From: Nemertoderma westbladi
Lineage: Eukaryota; Animalia; Xenacoelomorpha
Length of the DNA: 64,000 nucleotides
Direction: 5' to 3'
NCBI GenBank assembly: GCA_032718475.1
Contig: JAUCBJ010006798.1
Location: 1,972 to 65,971 of the forward strand
Shown here piece by piece: positions 1 through 11,850 of the stretch. The translations under genes were made by a program, and so were the position numbers. Position 1 is the first letter of the stretch, and the number at the start of each line of letters is the position of its first letter. The notes under the pieces are model-generated. The model did not search any database, was not told where the DNA came from, and saw nothing but the letters and a program-made list of their open reading frames with translations.

Positions 1-57
1 AATCGTACCCTCCGTGCAAGTCATAGACAACGCAGGGCCGAATTAAAATTAAAACAA

Positions 58-3000
58 TTGGAACGCCAAGCACAAATAAGGCTAGAAATTGAATTACAAA
101 CAGCCAGAGATCTAGCAGAACAAACTCAATTAGATTCACAGCTGGCAATCGAATCACTGAGACAATCTGAGGTTTTTGAAGGACTTATCGATGATGACTG
201 GTTGGCTCAGCAGGAATATCCAAATGATGACATCATCCCAGTTTCTCATATTTCGACAGAAATTTCAGACCCCCCTTCTACCAGCATCGACTTCAACCCA
301 AATTTACCACCTGTATCCAACACACTTCATGCACCAGCAGTAATTACCACTGTATCTCAAACAACTGTAGGTACTAGTGCATATTGGGCCCAACCAAAGT
401 TATATAAAGAACACCCTTCTGCTCCATTAATTGATACAGATATCTATCTTCCAAACCCTCAAGAGGGTCATTTAGGTGCAGGTATATGTGATGCAGGTGT
501 TCACTATACTCCACAACATCCCATCTTGAGCACAAGGACATCATGTCTTCCTAAAACGACCACTCTGACAGATTTCCTGCTCGGTACTAACCCTAATCCT
601 AGTGTTCCCTTTTCAAATACTAGTCTTGGTGACGGGCCAAGACTAAACACGGATCTATTCGTAACCTCATCACATTCCCAGCTTCAGGATTATAACTTGG
701 GTGATAAAGCCATTATCGGTGGTGACAGGTTATCAACAAGCTTATTCGGGGGTAATAATGACACGTGCAGTGCTCCCATTCTACCAATGCCTACTAATTT
801 GTTAAATCAACTGTCTGAGCCTCTACGTAGAACTATTATTACTAAAGGTTCTAAACAACCAAACAATTTAGATTACTCAACTATCCCAGGGTCAGTTGTG
901 CACCAGTTGCAATATCCAGCCAGTCGACACGCAATTTGGACTGGTATTAATAATGAGTACACAACAACCCAATCTACTCCAGTAGCGTCACTCATATCTG
1001 GATTAAATCAACCAATCATCGACCCTGGAGGCAGTCCCTCTATCCCATGCACCTTAAATTTAGTTAGTAATAATCCTAACTTAACTCCGCATGACACATT
1101 CCGGAATAGCCCTGTACATGGCAGAGACCTACTGTTATTCTCAACCCCTCCAAACAGCCATATTAATACTGGTGGTTTCCCATTACAATCACACAGCCGT
1201 GACCTGTCTGATAACAATAATAACCAGTTTGATCTGATCAACGCCTTTCAGATGTGTAATGCTCAAAATATCGCAGCCATCGAACGACTTAATGCCAAAT
1301 TGTCTATGCCAAATTTAGGGGTCCCACAGAAATTCAATGGAGAACCAGGGTTGTATGTGAATTTCGTAGCATCATTCATTGCAGATGTTGAGTCCAAACG
1401 CTTCTCCGAAAGTGAAAAGATGATGGCACTTCAACATTATCTGGGACCTGAACCATTGGAACTCATTAAGTACTTTATGGGGATTCCTGGTGGTTATGAG
1501 GCCGCCTGGAATGTACTACATGACCGCTATGGTCATCCCAGCATTATCATTCAGCAAGTAATTCAAGAACTAATTGGAAGCGTCGATCTTCGTTCTGGGA
1601 ATTATAACCTAAAGAAAATTAAACTTCGAGCCTTTTCGGACAAAATTATCCAGAAAGTATTAGTCCTACAGTACTTCAAGTCAACTCATGAAATTAATTC
1701 CTCAGAGAATTTAAAGAAGATTACATCCAACTTTGAAAATTGGATGTATGTCCGCTGGAAACGAGTAGCAGCTGGTATCAGGAAACAAAAAAACAGAGAG
1801 CCTCTAATAACCGAACTCGCTGTCTTTATTAAAGAAGAGTCAGATATAATGAATGACGCTGTCTATGACCAACCTTCCAGCAATGGAAATCAGAATTTAT
1901 CATCAGGTTCTCAAATTCAAAACACCACAATGAACGTAATAGCATCAGTGGGACACGTAACCAGAAACAACTCAGCGAATCCTACTACAACCACTTCAAC
2001 GCAAAGTCGACAAGCCAGCCTTACCGCTCGATTGGATCGCCAGCCTCAGCACAATAATCAGACCAATAGAGATAACAACAGACCCAATCAGAACCGTTAT
2101 GGTCCTCAGTATAGAGCTCAAAATCAACAACAAACACGTACAAGTGCTGTCATAAATAGAGGTAATGTTGTTATAAATACAAATTCTGAAGCTCAAGCCG
2201 CACCTAAATCCAGCGCCAACCAGACAAATCCAGTCAATACATCAACTCCACGAGCTCCTTTACAGTCAAGAGCTCCACCACAGTCTTCTAGACCACCCCC
2301 AACTTGCTCATACTGTACTGACTCCCATACCTTATATCATTGTCAACCATTTAATACACTCTCAAGACGCCAACAAGCCGAGTGGTTATTGAACACGGAA
2401 TTGTGTTTAAAGTGCACGAATAAGGACCACAAGACAGCAGATTGTACTGGTAGGAGTTACCGTTGTAATATAAACAATTGTCAGGAGACACACAATAAGG
2501 TCCTGCACTGGGCAATTGACCGTATCCAAACATCTCAGGAAACATCAAATATATCCTGCATCACAACCGATAACTTCTCAAGAGTACCATCTGTCATTCC
2601 GACTAAGGATCTAAATCCCTACATGGTGTGGCTATCAGTTGTCCCTGTGAGTGTGTCTGTGGAAGACAAGGTGGTAACAACCTACGCATTGCTGGACGGT
2701 GGAGCCACATCTACTTTAATTGACGAAAGTGTTATACATAGTCTTGATGTCCAAGCTGGACCCAATATCCAAATGAAAACAAAGAGTGTTTTTTCTACCA
2801 GCATACAAAGTGCGTGTCTTTTTAATTGTGTCTTTTCACCAGTTATGAACAAACCGGGTTGTGATATGAACTTCAATATTGTGGCCAAAAATGCATTAGT
2901 GGTGAAAAACTTCAAATATGAATTTACTAATGACATAGACACCATCGATCTGGCTAAATTGTGTCAGATCGAAGATTATCTGGAATTTCTGCGCACCGAT

Positions 3001-4002
3001 GATGTTCGAGTCGATATTCCTGAGGTGACCATTCTCATTGGAAGAGACAATCAAGAAGCTATTGAAGAGCATCTTGTGATCCAAGGAGACTCAGAAAGAC
3101 CCTCACTCGTGCGTACTAATTTTGGGTATTGTCTTGTTGGCAAAGTTCCAACCATTAAAGGTTCTATTAAAAATTTAATGACTCCTATCAGTGTAAATAA
3201 TACTGAATCAGAAATACATATCAATCATATAAGTTGCGGTCTAAATCCAACAACACTGAATATGATTGAACAGTCCATTGGAATGGGCACCATCTCAAGT
3301 ACAAAAATTGACGACAAAGAGATGGCCTTATCAAAGGATGATTTAGAAGCACTAAGAATCCTTCAAGATACAACTAAACTAACAAATGGTCGTTATACCG
3401 TATCTATGCTCTGGAAAAAAAACCCACCAGAACTAGTCAACAATTATCGACTTGCAAAGAAACGCCTTGATCAATTAATCGAACGGTTAACAAAAAAACC
3501 GGAATTGTACATCCGATACCATGAGAATCTTATTGACTATATAACCAAGGGCTATGCTATTAAAATCGAACCTGATACCCCTACTCTTCCTGGGAGAACA
3601 TACTACCTCCCCCATCACTTCGTAATACATCAACTAAAGGACAAACTTCGAATTGTCTTTGATGCTGCTGCTGTATATAAAGATATATCCTTGAACACAC
3701 AATTGTACAGTGGCCCATGTCAAATAAACTCTCTCATTGGTATATTAATGCGTTTTAGATGTGGGAGCATAGCCTTCGTATGTGACATAGAAGGCATGTT
3801 TCACCAGATTAACGTGACAAACGAAGACAGAGATAGCTTACGATTTATCTGGAAGTCTCCTGGCTCTGATCTAATTGAGCACTACCAAATGGTACGTCAC
3901 ATTTTTGGCGCTAATGATTCGCCATGTGTCGCAGGTCATACACTGAAACAGTGTGGGACGGATCACATCGATCAGTTGGACCAGAAGTTGATTCAGCAAT
4001 AA
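58..4002 (+). CDS. Element A Gag-protease-RT N-half (frame is open from base 1)
   Basis: BEL gag core (KFNGEP..Y..F), Cys/His knuckles (CSYCTDSH..C; CLKCTNKDHKTADC; CNINNC..H), protease YALLDGGA, RT YYLPHH, RIVFDA, CDIEGMFHQI, FGANDSP. Probable 1-bp deletion near 3977. Confidence 0.92.
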   Translation: MERQAQIRLEIELQTARDLAEQTQLDSQLAIESLRQSEVFEGLIDDDWLAQQEYPNDDIIPVSHISTEISDPPSTSIDFNPNLPPVSNTLHAPAVITTVSQTTVGTSAYWAQPKLYKEHPSAPLIDTDIYLPNPQEGHLGAGICDAGVHYTPQHPILSTRTSCLPKTTTLTDFLLGTNPNPSVPFSNTSLGDGPRLNTDLFVTSSHSQLQDYNLGDKAIIGGDRLSTSLFGGNNDTCSAPILPMPTNLLNQLSEPLRRTIITKGSKQPNNLDYSTIPGSVVHQLQYPASRHAIWTGINNEYTTTQSTPVASLISGLNQPIIDPGGSPSIPCTLNLVSNNPNLTPHDTFRNSPVHGRDLLLFSTPPNSHINTGGFPLQSHSRDLSDNNNNQFDLINAFQMCNAQNIAAIERLNAKLSMPNLGVPQKFNGEPGLYVNFVASFIADVESKRFSESEKMMALQHYLGPEPLELIKYFMGIPGGYEAAWNVLHDRYGHPSIIIQQVIQELIGSVDLRSGNYNLKKIKLRAFSDKIIQKVLVLQYFKSTHEINSSENLKKITSNFENWMYVRWKRVAAGIRKQKNREPLITELAVFIKEESDIMNDAVYDQPSSNGNQNLSSGSQIQNTTMNVIASVGHVTRNNSANPTTTTSTQSRQASLTARLDRQPQHNNQTNRDNNRPNQNRYGPQYRAQNQQQTRTSAVINRGNVVINTNSEAQAAPKSSANQTNPVNTSTPRAPLQSRAPPQSSRPPPTCSYCTDSHTLYHCQPFNTLSRRQQAEWLLNTELCLKCTNKDHKTADCTGRSYRCNINNCQETHNKVLHWAIDRIQTSQETSNISCITTDNFSRVPSVIPTKDLNPYMVWLSVVPVSVSVEDKVVTTYALLDGGATSTLIDESVIHSLDVQAGPNIQMKTKSVFSTSIQSACLFNCVFSPVMNKPGCDMNFNIVAKNALVVKNFKYEFTNDIDTIDLAKLCQIEDYLEFLRTDDVRVDIPEVTILIGRDNQEAIEEHLVIQGDSERPSLVRTNFGYCLVGKVPTIKGSIKNLMTPISVNNTESEIHINHISCGLNPTTLNMIEQSIGMGTISSTKIDDKEMALSKDDLEALRILQDTTKLTNGRYTVSMLWKKNPPELVNNYRLAKKRLDQLIERLTKKPELYIRYHENLIDYITKGYAIKIEPDTPTLPGRTYYLPHHFVIHQLKDKLRIVFDAAAVYKDISLNTQLYSGPCQINSLIGILMRFRCGSIAFVCDIEGMFHQINVTNEDRDSLRFIWKSPGSDLIEHYQMVRHIFGANDSPCVAGHTLKQCGTDHIDQLDQKLIQQ

Positions 4003-6854
4003 CCGACAACTTCTACGTTGACGATGGCTTGCTGTCTACGGATTCGCGGGACAGCGCCATACTTCTGGCAAAGAATATCATCAACTGCTTAGCACTTGGA
4101 GGTTTTGTCCTGAAGAAGTTTATCTCCAATAGTAAACAGTTCTTAGAACAACTCAGTGTTGAACAATTAAGCCCACAGTTAGACCTTGACTTAGATAAAC
4201 TGCCTGTTAGCAGAGCACTTGGCATCACCTGGGATACCGAATCAGACACCTTTACCTTCATAAGCACTATCACCCCTCGACCACTAACAAAGGCTGGATG
4301 TCTCAGTCAACTTGCGTCAATCTTTGACCCCATTAACTTCCTCGCACCATTCTTGCTGAAGGGCAAACTTATTCTTCAGTCAATATGGCGAGCAGGGACT
4401 GATTGGTCTGCACAAATTCCAAATGATCTTCAATCTAAATGGTCGAAGTGGATATCCCAAGTTCCTTGCCTATCAGAGATTAAAGTTCCACGAGTTTATC
4501 GTCAAGATCTATCCGTAGTTGCATCCTATCAAGTGCACTTGTTCTGTGATGCTTCGGATGTTGCTTATGGTGCAGTTGGCTACACACGGTGTGTCGAAGA
4601 GAATAATATAAGAACTTCATTCATATTTAGCAAATGCAAGGTTGTCAGTATATCTGCTGAAAAGAGAACTCCTCGACTTGAGCTCGAAGCAGCCGTTGTT
4701 TTAGTTGACATTCTTTGTTTAATTAGAACTGAATTAATGCGTTCCCTCAATATCGGTGAGATTCATTGCTGGACTGACTCCACCGTCGTGCTCGGATATA
4801 TTACAAACACAACCAAATCATTCAAGCGGTATGTTGCAAATCGAGTTAGCTACATACAATCTCATACCAGTTCTAATATGTGGCATCATATCAAAGGGTC
4901 TCTAAATCCCGCTGATAAACTCAGCCGAGGCCTAAGTGCTGTTGACCTCATGAACTGTATTTCATGGTGGAATGGTCCGATGTTTCTCAAACAAACCCAG
5001 GCTGAATGGCCAAACAAGTTACACCTAACCCCCACTATGTTTGAAGTCTCTGCCGAAGACCCCGAGGTTAAATTATCATCCTTGAACATAGAATCCATTC
5101 CTCACGGTGGGGCTGACCCTGACCCTATGTCTATAAACGATAATGGAAACTCACAGACTCTGACGTGTGACTACACCGACATGTTACAACAGTTCCACTA
5201 TCACTGTATGATTCAGATCAATTCCAGCTCTTTGTCCCCAAATTGTGATTCCAAGCCTAGAGTCAGCATATTTGACCGAACAAAGGGTCTAACCTCCATG
5301 GAACGACTGGAGTTTGTGATCAATACTGAATCGAACTGGAATAAACTTAAACATAAAATAGCATGGCTCGTTCGCCTTGCCAAGTTTTCAATAAACCCAC
5401 AATTTGGTCAAAACATCACACGTAAAGTACCATGCAATGAATTAGACAATGCAGAAGCGTGTCTAGTTAGGTTTGTTCAGAAATGTGAATTTCAGAAAGA
5501 TATTGAACGACTTGAGGCAAACCTACCAGTTTTAAAGAAGAGCTCACTACGCCGTCTCTCTCCATTCCTGGACCCTAAGGGTATACTCCGTGTCGGCAGC
5601 CGTATTGAACATGCTGCTGTTCCTTACTCTACGGCCTTTCCAGCCATCTTACCAAAAGGGAGTCAAGTAACTCGTTCCTTAATTTGGCACACACATACCA
5701 CAATGGGTCACATGGGTTACTCGGTCATCCTTTCCGAAATTAGGAAACGTTATTGGATAATTACAGCTCAGAGAGTCATTAAGTCGCTCATTACTAAGTG
5801 CTTCATATGTCGAAAGGTGCATGGGCGTGCTCTCGAACAGATTCAGGCCCCTTTGCCTATGACTAGAGTCACGGCTTATCTGCCACCATTCAGCTATATC
5901 GGTCTGGATATGTTTGGACATATGAACGTTAAATATGGCCGAGGGGTTATTAAGCGGTATGGAATTATATTCACCTGCCAGAATAGCCGCGCGGTTCATC
6001 TAGAACTCACTGTAGACAAATCAGCCGACGCCTTTCTAAATTCTTTACGTCGATTTTGTGGCCGTCGAGGAACCCCCCTGCAAATTATATCTGACAATGG
6101 CACCAATTTCACTGGTGCAGAATCAACAATTCGCTTGTTTCGTGAGTATGTGGAGGATGACTCTGTAAACTCATATACCACTCATAATAATATAGATTGG
6201 AAGTTCAATGATGCGGACACTACTATGTCCAATCACCTAGAATGGAAATTTCTTACCCCCACTGCGGCACATACCGGCGGATTTTACGAACGCCTTATAC
6301 AAACTACAAAACGTATCCTGCTATCCGTAATGGAGGGTAAACTTGTGACTGAAGACGTGTTACATACTTACCTCGTCGAGGCCGAATCAACTATTAATAA
6401 GCGGCCGCTCACCATGCTTAATAGTGACCCCACATCGAACGAGCCTCTAACCCCTCAACATTTATTAATTCAGCGTCCTGCAGCAAACGTTCCGATCGAG
6501 GATGAGATAGACGATTCCCAAATTTACAGCGAACTGACATGGAAACAAAGTCAATATCTCGCCAATAAATTTTGGGAGAGATGGGTACAAGAATATCTCA
6601 CACTACTCCTCGATCGTCAGAAATGGAATGTTCGACGCGACAACGTACAAATCAATGATGTCGTTCTAATTCAATACGAACCCAGTAATATGACTCCTCG
6701 TTCGCAATGGCCTTGGGGTCGTGTCGTCGAAACATTCCCAGATATCGACGGCAACATTCGCACAGTTCGCATCAAACTCAAGACTGGGACGTTTCTAGAA
6801 AGGCCAATCCAGCGAATTTGTCTCCTGGAACAGGCTGATAATAATCCTAATTAA
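3924..6854 (+). CDS. Element A Pol continuation: RT C-half, Pao-type RNase H, integrase
   Basis: FYVDD; FCDAS/PRLELEAA/WTDS/NPADKLSRG; HH-CC zinc domain; IN D-D-E (GLDMFG, SDNGTNF, GGFYERL); C-terminal RPIQRICLL. Confidence 0.93.
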   Translation: MCRRSYTETVWDGSHRSVGPEVDSAITDNFYVDDGLLSTDSRDSAILLAKNIINCLALGGFVLKKFISNSKQFLEQLSVEQLSPQLDLDLDKLPVSRALGITWDTESDTFTFISTITPRPLTKAGCLSQLASIFDPINFLAPFLLKGKLILQSIWRAGTDWSAQIPNDLQSKWSKWISQVPCLSEIKVPRVYRQDLSVVASYQVHLFCDASDVAYGAVGYTRCVEENNIRTSFIFSKCKVVSISAEKRTPRLELEAAVVLVDILCLIRTELMRSLNIGEIHCWTDSTVVLGYITNTTKSFKRYVANRVSYIQSHTSSNMWHHIKGSLNPADKLSRGLSAVDLMNCISWWNGPMFLKQTQAEWPNKLHLTPTMFEVSAEDPEVKLSSLNIESIPHGGADPDPMSINDNGNSQTLTCDYTDMLQQFHYHCMIQINSSSLSPNCDSKPRVSIFDRTKGLTSMERLEFVINTESNWNKLKHKIAWLVRLAKFSINPQFGQNITRKVPCNELDNAEACLVRFVQKCEFQKDIERLEANLPVLKKSSLRRLSPFLDPKGILRVGSRIEHAAVPYSTAFPAILPKGSQVTRSLIWHTHTTMGHMGYSVILSEIRKRYWIITAQRVIKSLITKCFICRKVHGRALEQIQAPLPMTRVTAYLPPFSYIGLDMFGHMNVKYGRGVIKRYGIIFTCQNSRAVHLELTVDKSADAFLNSLRRFCGRRGTPLQIISDNGTNFTGAESTIRLFREYVEDDSVNSYTTHNNIDWKFNDADTTMSNHLEWKFLTPTAAHTGGFYERLIQTTKRILLSVMEGKLVTEDVLHTYLVEAESTINKRPLTMLNSDPTSNEPLTPQHLLIQRPAANVPIEDEIDDSQIYSELTWKQSQYLANKFWERWVQEYLTLLLDRQKWNVRRDNVQINDVVLIQYEPSNMTPRSQWPWGRVVETFPDIDGNIRTVRIKLKTGTFLERPIQRICLLEQADNNPN

Positions 6855-7255
6855 CCTTGTGCTTTGATACCGGTACGTTGTGTCACATAAATATTGATAT
6901 TCCCAGCTCAGTGCATTGTATGGTTTTTAAATCACTGGTATATTATATATTATACTGCACATGATTCAAATAATAAATATAGATAATTAAAGAAAAAACA
7001 TGACCTGTAAACCTTTTTAATCCCAACTAAACGTGACATAACTGTAAGTTTACCGTAAGTACTTACTGGTACCGTACCGTATATATTTTGCAATGTTTGG
7101 TAATTTTATTTAACGGTTACTACGGTGTTGGCTGCCCTAGCTGCAGCCGAAGATCGGTCAACATTTCAGGATCCACTATCTGATCGATAACTGAATATAT
7201 ATAAATTCATAAATTTTATGGTAGCTCGATTTCAACTATAGCAAGATGTTTAACA

Positions 7256-7383
7256 GTGGATATTCGACTTCCCTTGGATATCCGTCTTCTCTTGGATATT
7301 CGTCTTCTCGTGGATATTCGTCTTCTCGTGGATATTCGTCTTCTCTTGGATATTCGTCTTCTCGTGGATATTCGTCTTCTCTC
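7256..7383 (+). repeat. 18-bp tandem repeat (~7 copies) in the 3' UTR of A
   Basis: (TGGATATTCGTCTTCTCK)n read directly. Confidence 0.9.
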
Positions 7384-8733
7384 AACCCCGGTGATGTCTA
7401 ACCAGAACCAAGTTGTTCAACATCTCAAAGGGGGGGGGGGGGGGGGCGACTCAGATCATCAATCTTCACTTCAACATCGGGAATGGGAACTTAGATGACT
7501 TGGGTCTCCGTGCTTCACCATTCCCAGACTGGAAGTTCGCCGATCACGAGACAATACCAACTCCCTGACGATTACTGAGTATATATCTATCCTTCTCATT
7601 TATCCTATATATATTACAACGTGTAACTTCGTTATATTCCGTATATCGATGGCTATTTTTTTTTTTTTTTCAATTCCATTCGTGTACTACATTGTCTATG
7701 ACATAACATTTATGGTGATGGTTTATATAGTTAGTATATAGTATAGTTAGTTTATATAGTTAGTATATAGTTAGTTTATATAGCTCACATATATTCCTGG
7801 AAGTGGAAAAAGTTCTGGGAAGATTTTTAGTTAGTTAGTAGTGAATATATTCGGTAGTTATTTTCAATTACTTTTCAGTTGTTAATTTTTTGATACCGTC
7901 GTTCGAAACGAAGTGCATTTAAATAACAGTTATTTTATGTAAAACGGACTCATTTGGTGTAGCTCATATATCATTAGGATACTCATATAATTTCTGATCC
8001 ACCTTCGGCAATGGACCTCTCTATTAGAACTCAGGCCGAAAGATCATTAAAATAATGTATTTAAAAAAAAAAAAAGTTTAGCTCTAGAGACTTACTCCAG
8101 TTGTCCTGTCTGTTCCTTTGTTGTCTGTCCACTGTACAGGGTTTTTAGGGAGAAATCCAGGACCAACCTATGATGCATTATAAGACAACCCCCAGGCTAG
8201 GCAACCCTCAAGAGGGCTCTGTTAACCTACACCCTGAGGTGTCTTAAGGATCGGTCAACCGTAATTAGGGCGTTCATTCTTAACGGTGTAGCCCATTCCT
8301 CCGACCCAAGGTTGGAAGACCAAGACCTTCCAGTATAGCGTTAAAATGCAATATACTTGGAAACGGTCCTTATGCATGAGTATTATATCATCCATCCTAT
8401 CACCCTACCTCCAGTATCTCCCTTCTCCCGACAACCTGGCTACAGTATATTTGTTCAGTTCAATGTTGTATTGTTGGACAACTGGTCGTCTCCAAGAGTT
8501 ATAACAACGTAAAAAAAAACCCATGGCTCCTACCTTTCTAAATTTATGTGCAATATATACATTATAAATAAATATATTAATTACAATATTTTCCAAACAT
8601 TTCGCGGTTTGTGCAATTTATTTTCCTTAGTCATACTCTTGTCTCAAATTATTTTACAAGTTAGCTTAAACATCTTATCTACTCTACTTAGATTTCGTGT
8701 TTACACCGGTGCACCCGAAAATCTAGGTGGGGC

Positions 8734-9298
8734 TGTGAAATCCGCTCGCTCGACAAAGCGCCATCTAGCGGATATCTCAGGATTCTCCACGATTTTACGT
8801 ACCGGACAGTTTTCAGTGTTTCACGGATTGACAGACTGCCGATCTGTGGTACGGTGCAATATTTATTCGTACCACGGGCCTATAGGACTGATTTTCCTGT
8901 ATTCAGCACAACACATACTGACACATTCAGATATGTGATTGTGCCGACGATAGATACAGTTACAGTTCGAGGACATAGCCTGATAGCTGCATAGTCTCTA
9001 GTTACTAGTTAGCGGTGCATATTTGTATGTACGGTCATCGATATATGGGTCGTATTACAGTCTGGTAACTTACATTATACCAGTCTGTCAGTATATTCAT
9101 CGTTTTTACTATTGTACTAGACTTTACGGCTAAATATACTTCCATGTATGTCTGTGCGTTAGCGAAAAATATTATTAGTATATCGGGACTACCACACGCA
9201 TCTAGACCTACACCGCAGTTCGGCCTGTCAGCCTGTCCTTCTGTCTTTTCGTTATAGCTCATCCTGCCATCCGTCCGTATACCTGTGTGGTCGTCACA
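8734..9298 (+). repeat. 3' LTR of element A (~565 bp)
   Basis: Follows a purine-rich tract; terminal inverted repeat TGTGA/TCACA; sharp junction to B's RT. Partner LTR is not in the window. Confidence 0.75.
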
Positions 9299-11850
9299 AA
9301 CTTACCAAATGCAGGTAAGAGTATTCGGAGCCAGGGACAGCCCCAACTGCACCATGTACGCATTAAAGCAGACCGCATTAGACAGACGAGACCAATTTGA
9401 CCCAGAAGTAGTTCGGACCGTGGAACGAGATTTCTACGTGGATGACGGCCTCAAGAGTTGTGACACCTTGGAGCGCGCTACAACCGTAGCACACCAACTC
9501 CAGGATTGTCTCGCTAAGGGCGGATTTCACCTGACGAAGTTCGCTTCCAACGAACCCGAACTGGTGAACTCATTTGACCCGACGGATCGCAGTGGAGGTG
9601 ACCTAGACTTAGACCTAGAACCTCTGCCGACGACCAAAGTATTAGGACTTAGTTGGGACCCTAACACCGACAATTTTAGGGTACGTGTAAGGTCCAACGA
9701 CCAGACTAGGCCTCTCACTAAGAGGACTTTTCTCACTAAGAGAAAAGTTAGCTGAGCGATGGAGGGACTGGGAAGCCCAACTGACGTTCCTACAAGACTA
9801 TACCATACCGAGGGTATACTTTCCTTTGCAAACCACCTTTCCTGCCGATTTAGAGCTTCACAGCTTTAGTGACGCTAGCAAGGATGGATTGGGGGTTACT
9901 TTATACCTTAGACGACAAGTGACATCGGACAGCTACGAAGTGTCTCTCGTTACTTCAAGGGCTAGAACAATGCCATTGAAGTATATGACCGTACCTCGTG
10001 GGGAGCTGCAAGCCGGAACGATATCCACCGATATTGTCAGTCTAGTTCAACGCGAGCTGGAAGCTAACTTGAAGGTCACGTATTGGACGGATGCGACGTT
10101 GGTACTTTGGTACATAAACTACGAAGCGTTTGAGTTCAAGACTTTCGTAGCCAACAGACGGGCTGAAATACTAGACCGGTCGCTCAAACAAGATTGGCGT
10201 CACTGTCCAGGGAAGCTGAACCCAGCTGACATCGCGTCACGGGGGATGCAACCGCTTGACTTTTGTAAATCAATAAATCCTTTTGGTTTAGAGGACCCGA
10301 TTTCCTACAACGACCATCAGACGAATGGCCACCGTTATTCGACGCGACAACCAACACCATACCAGAGGGTGCCGAGATAAAAATCGACAAGGTTGTCAAG
10401 TCTAAAGCGAAAGCCAACGCCAAGGTCAAGAGGAAAAAGAGACGGACGAAATCTGATGACCTGGACGCCAGACCTGACATTATGCCAGACGTCTCACCAG
10501 ACATTCGACCAGACGCTTGTACGAATCCGTCGCCGGATGTTCCGCAGGAGATTTCACCAGATGTTTCGCCAGATTGTTCACCAGATTACTCGCCAGACTA
10601 TTCACCAGAAGAGACACCAGATTGTTCTCCGGATTGTTCGCCAGATTGTTTGATGGAACTCACGACAGAATGTCTACCGGACATCTCACCAGACTTTCCA
10701 CCAGACATCTCGACAGACTGTCCACCAGACTTTAGACCAGATTTTGAACCAGACTTTCTGACGGAAGTTACGCTAGACAGACTTTGGGACCGACGACAAG
10801 ACATTTTGCTGGAAGTTCCACGCTATGTCTCACCAGACGTCTCACCAGACTGTTCACCAGACGCTTCACCAGACTGTCTACTAGACACTCCATTAGAAGA
10901 CCCATTGGAGCGGACCTTTAGAGACTTACCGAATTTGACTTCTTTGGACGACAAAGGTGTGGCCACAGCGATTACACTCCGCTCGAAGAAGGTACTTGAC
11001 TTACCACCTACAGGTAAGCGTGTGACTAAGGTTAGGAAGCTTACAGGCTCACAGGAACACACTGACACTGTAGAGTTGAAACCGTTACTGCCAGTCGACA
11101 CATTAGGTGCGGATGGTAAAGGTAAGACCGTAGAGATTGACGTACTTGGGGACTCAGACAAACCTACTGGAAGGCCCGTGGGCCTACCAAGTCCAGACAA
11201 GTATCCACACTACGACTACACCTTACCCGATGACGTCACTAACACTTACGTTGACAGGATAGTGAACCTAACTAGATCATGGACTGACGCGTGCCGCAAG
11301 TTAGCATGGCTCAAACGATTGAGACAATATGCCAGAGGCAAACGCGACTTTCCTAGAAGACTTACCTTAAAGGAAATTGGCCAATGTGAAGTTGATATCA
11401 TTAGACATTATCAATTGCGATATTTCGCACGAGAGTTCACAGCAAGGTAAAGGTAAACAGATTAAGTCTTCACCGATTTTGAGTTGGAGTCCGATTATTT
11501 ACCGGGGCTTACTTTGTCACAAGTCCAGACTCCAAAACATCGACTTTGCACTTGACTTTAGGTATCCTATCATCAAACCGCAACACCATGAATTACAGCG
11601 CGCTATGATACTGGACGCACATGTACAACTCAAACACGTGGGTAGACACCACTGTCTATCACACTTACGCTCGAGGTTTGTACTGATTAGACCTAGTAAG
11701 GCACTGAGTTCGGTAACACGGAACTGTATTATTTGTAAGAAGGTGCACGCGAGGATAGGACACCAAGAAATGAGTGAACTACCACTAGCAAGATTACAGG
11801 CGTTTAGACCCCCTTTCACTGAGACAGGGATAGACTGTTTTGGACCCATA
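9299..11850 (+). pseudogene. Element B pol: RT end, RNase H, linker, IN zinc domain (frameshifted, small deletion)
   Basis: FGARDSP, FYVDD, FSDAS, PRGELQA, YWTDA, NPADIASRG, H..H..CIICKK, GIDCFGPI spread over several frames. Confidence 0.9.
10470..10880 (+). repeat. Coding 12-bp tandem repeat (SPDx)n in the RNase H-IN linker of B
   Basis: Repeated TCACCAGAY/TCGCCAGAY units; translation SPDC/SPDY/SPDV. Confidence 0.85.

Larger units (their letters stand above)
1..9298 (+). mobile_element. BEL/Pao LTR retrotransposon A (5' part outside window), inserted in the RT of element B
   Basis: Gag-PR-RT-RNase H-IN order; PPT-like AGGTGGGGC then LTR TGTGA...TCACA (8734-9298); B's RT codons (..TYQMQVRVFGA) start right after 9298. 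Confidence 0.93.

Noticed and set aside
7256-7498. Leucine-repeat peptide (LLDIRL)n
   Set aside because: Translation of an 18-bp tandem repeat plus a G-run.
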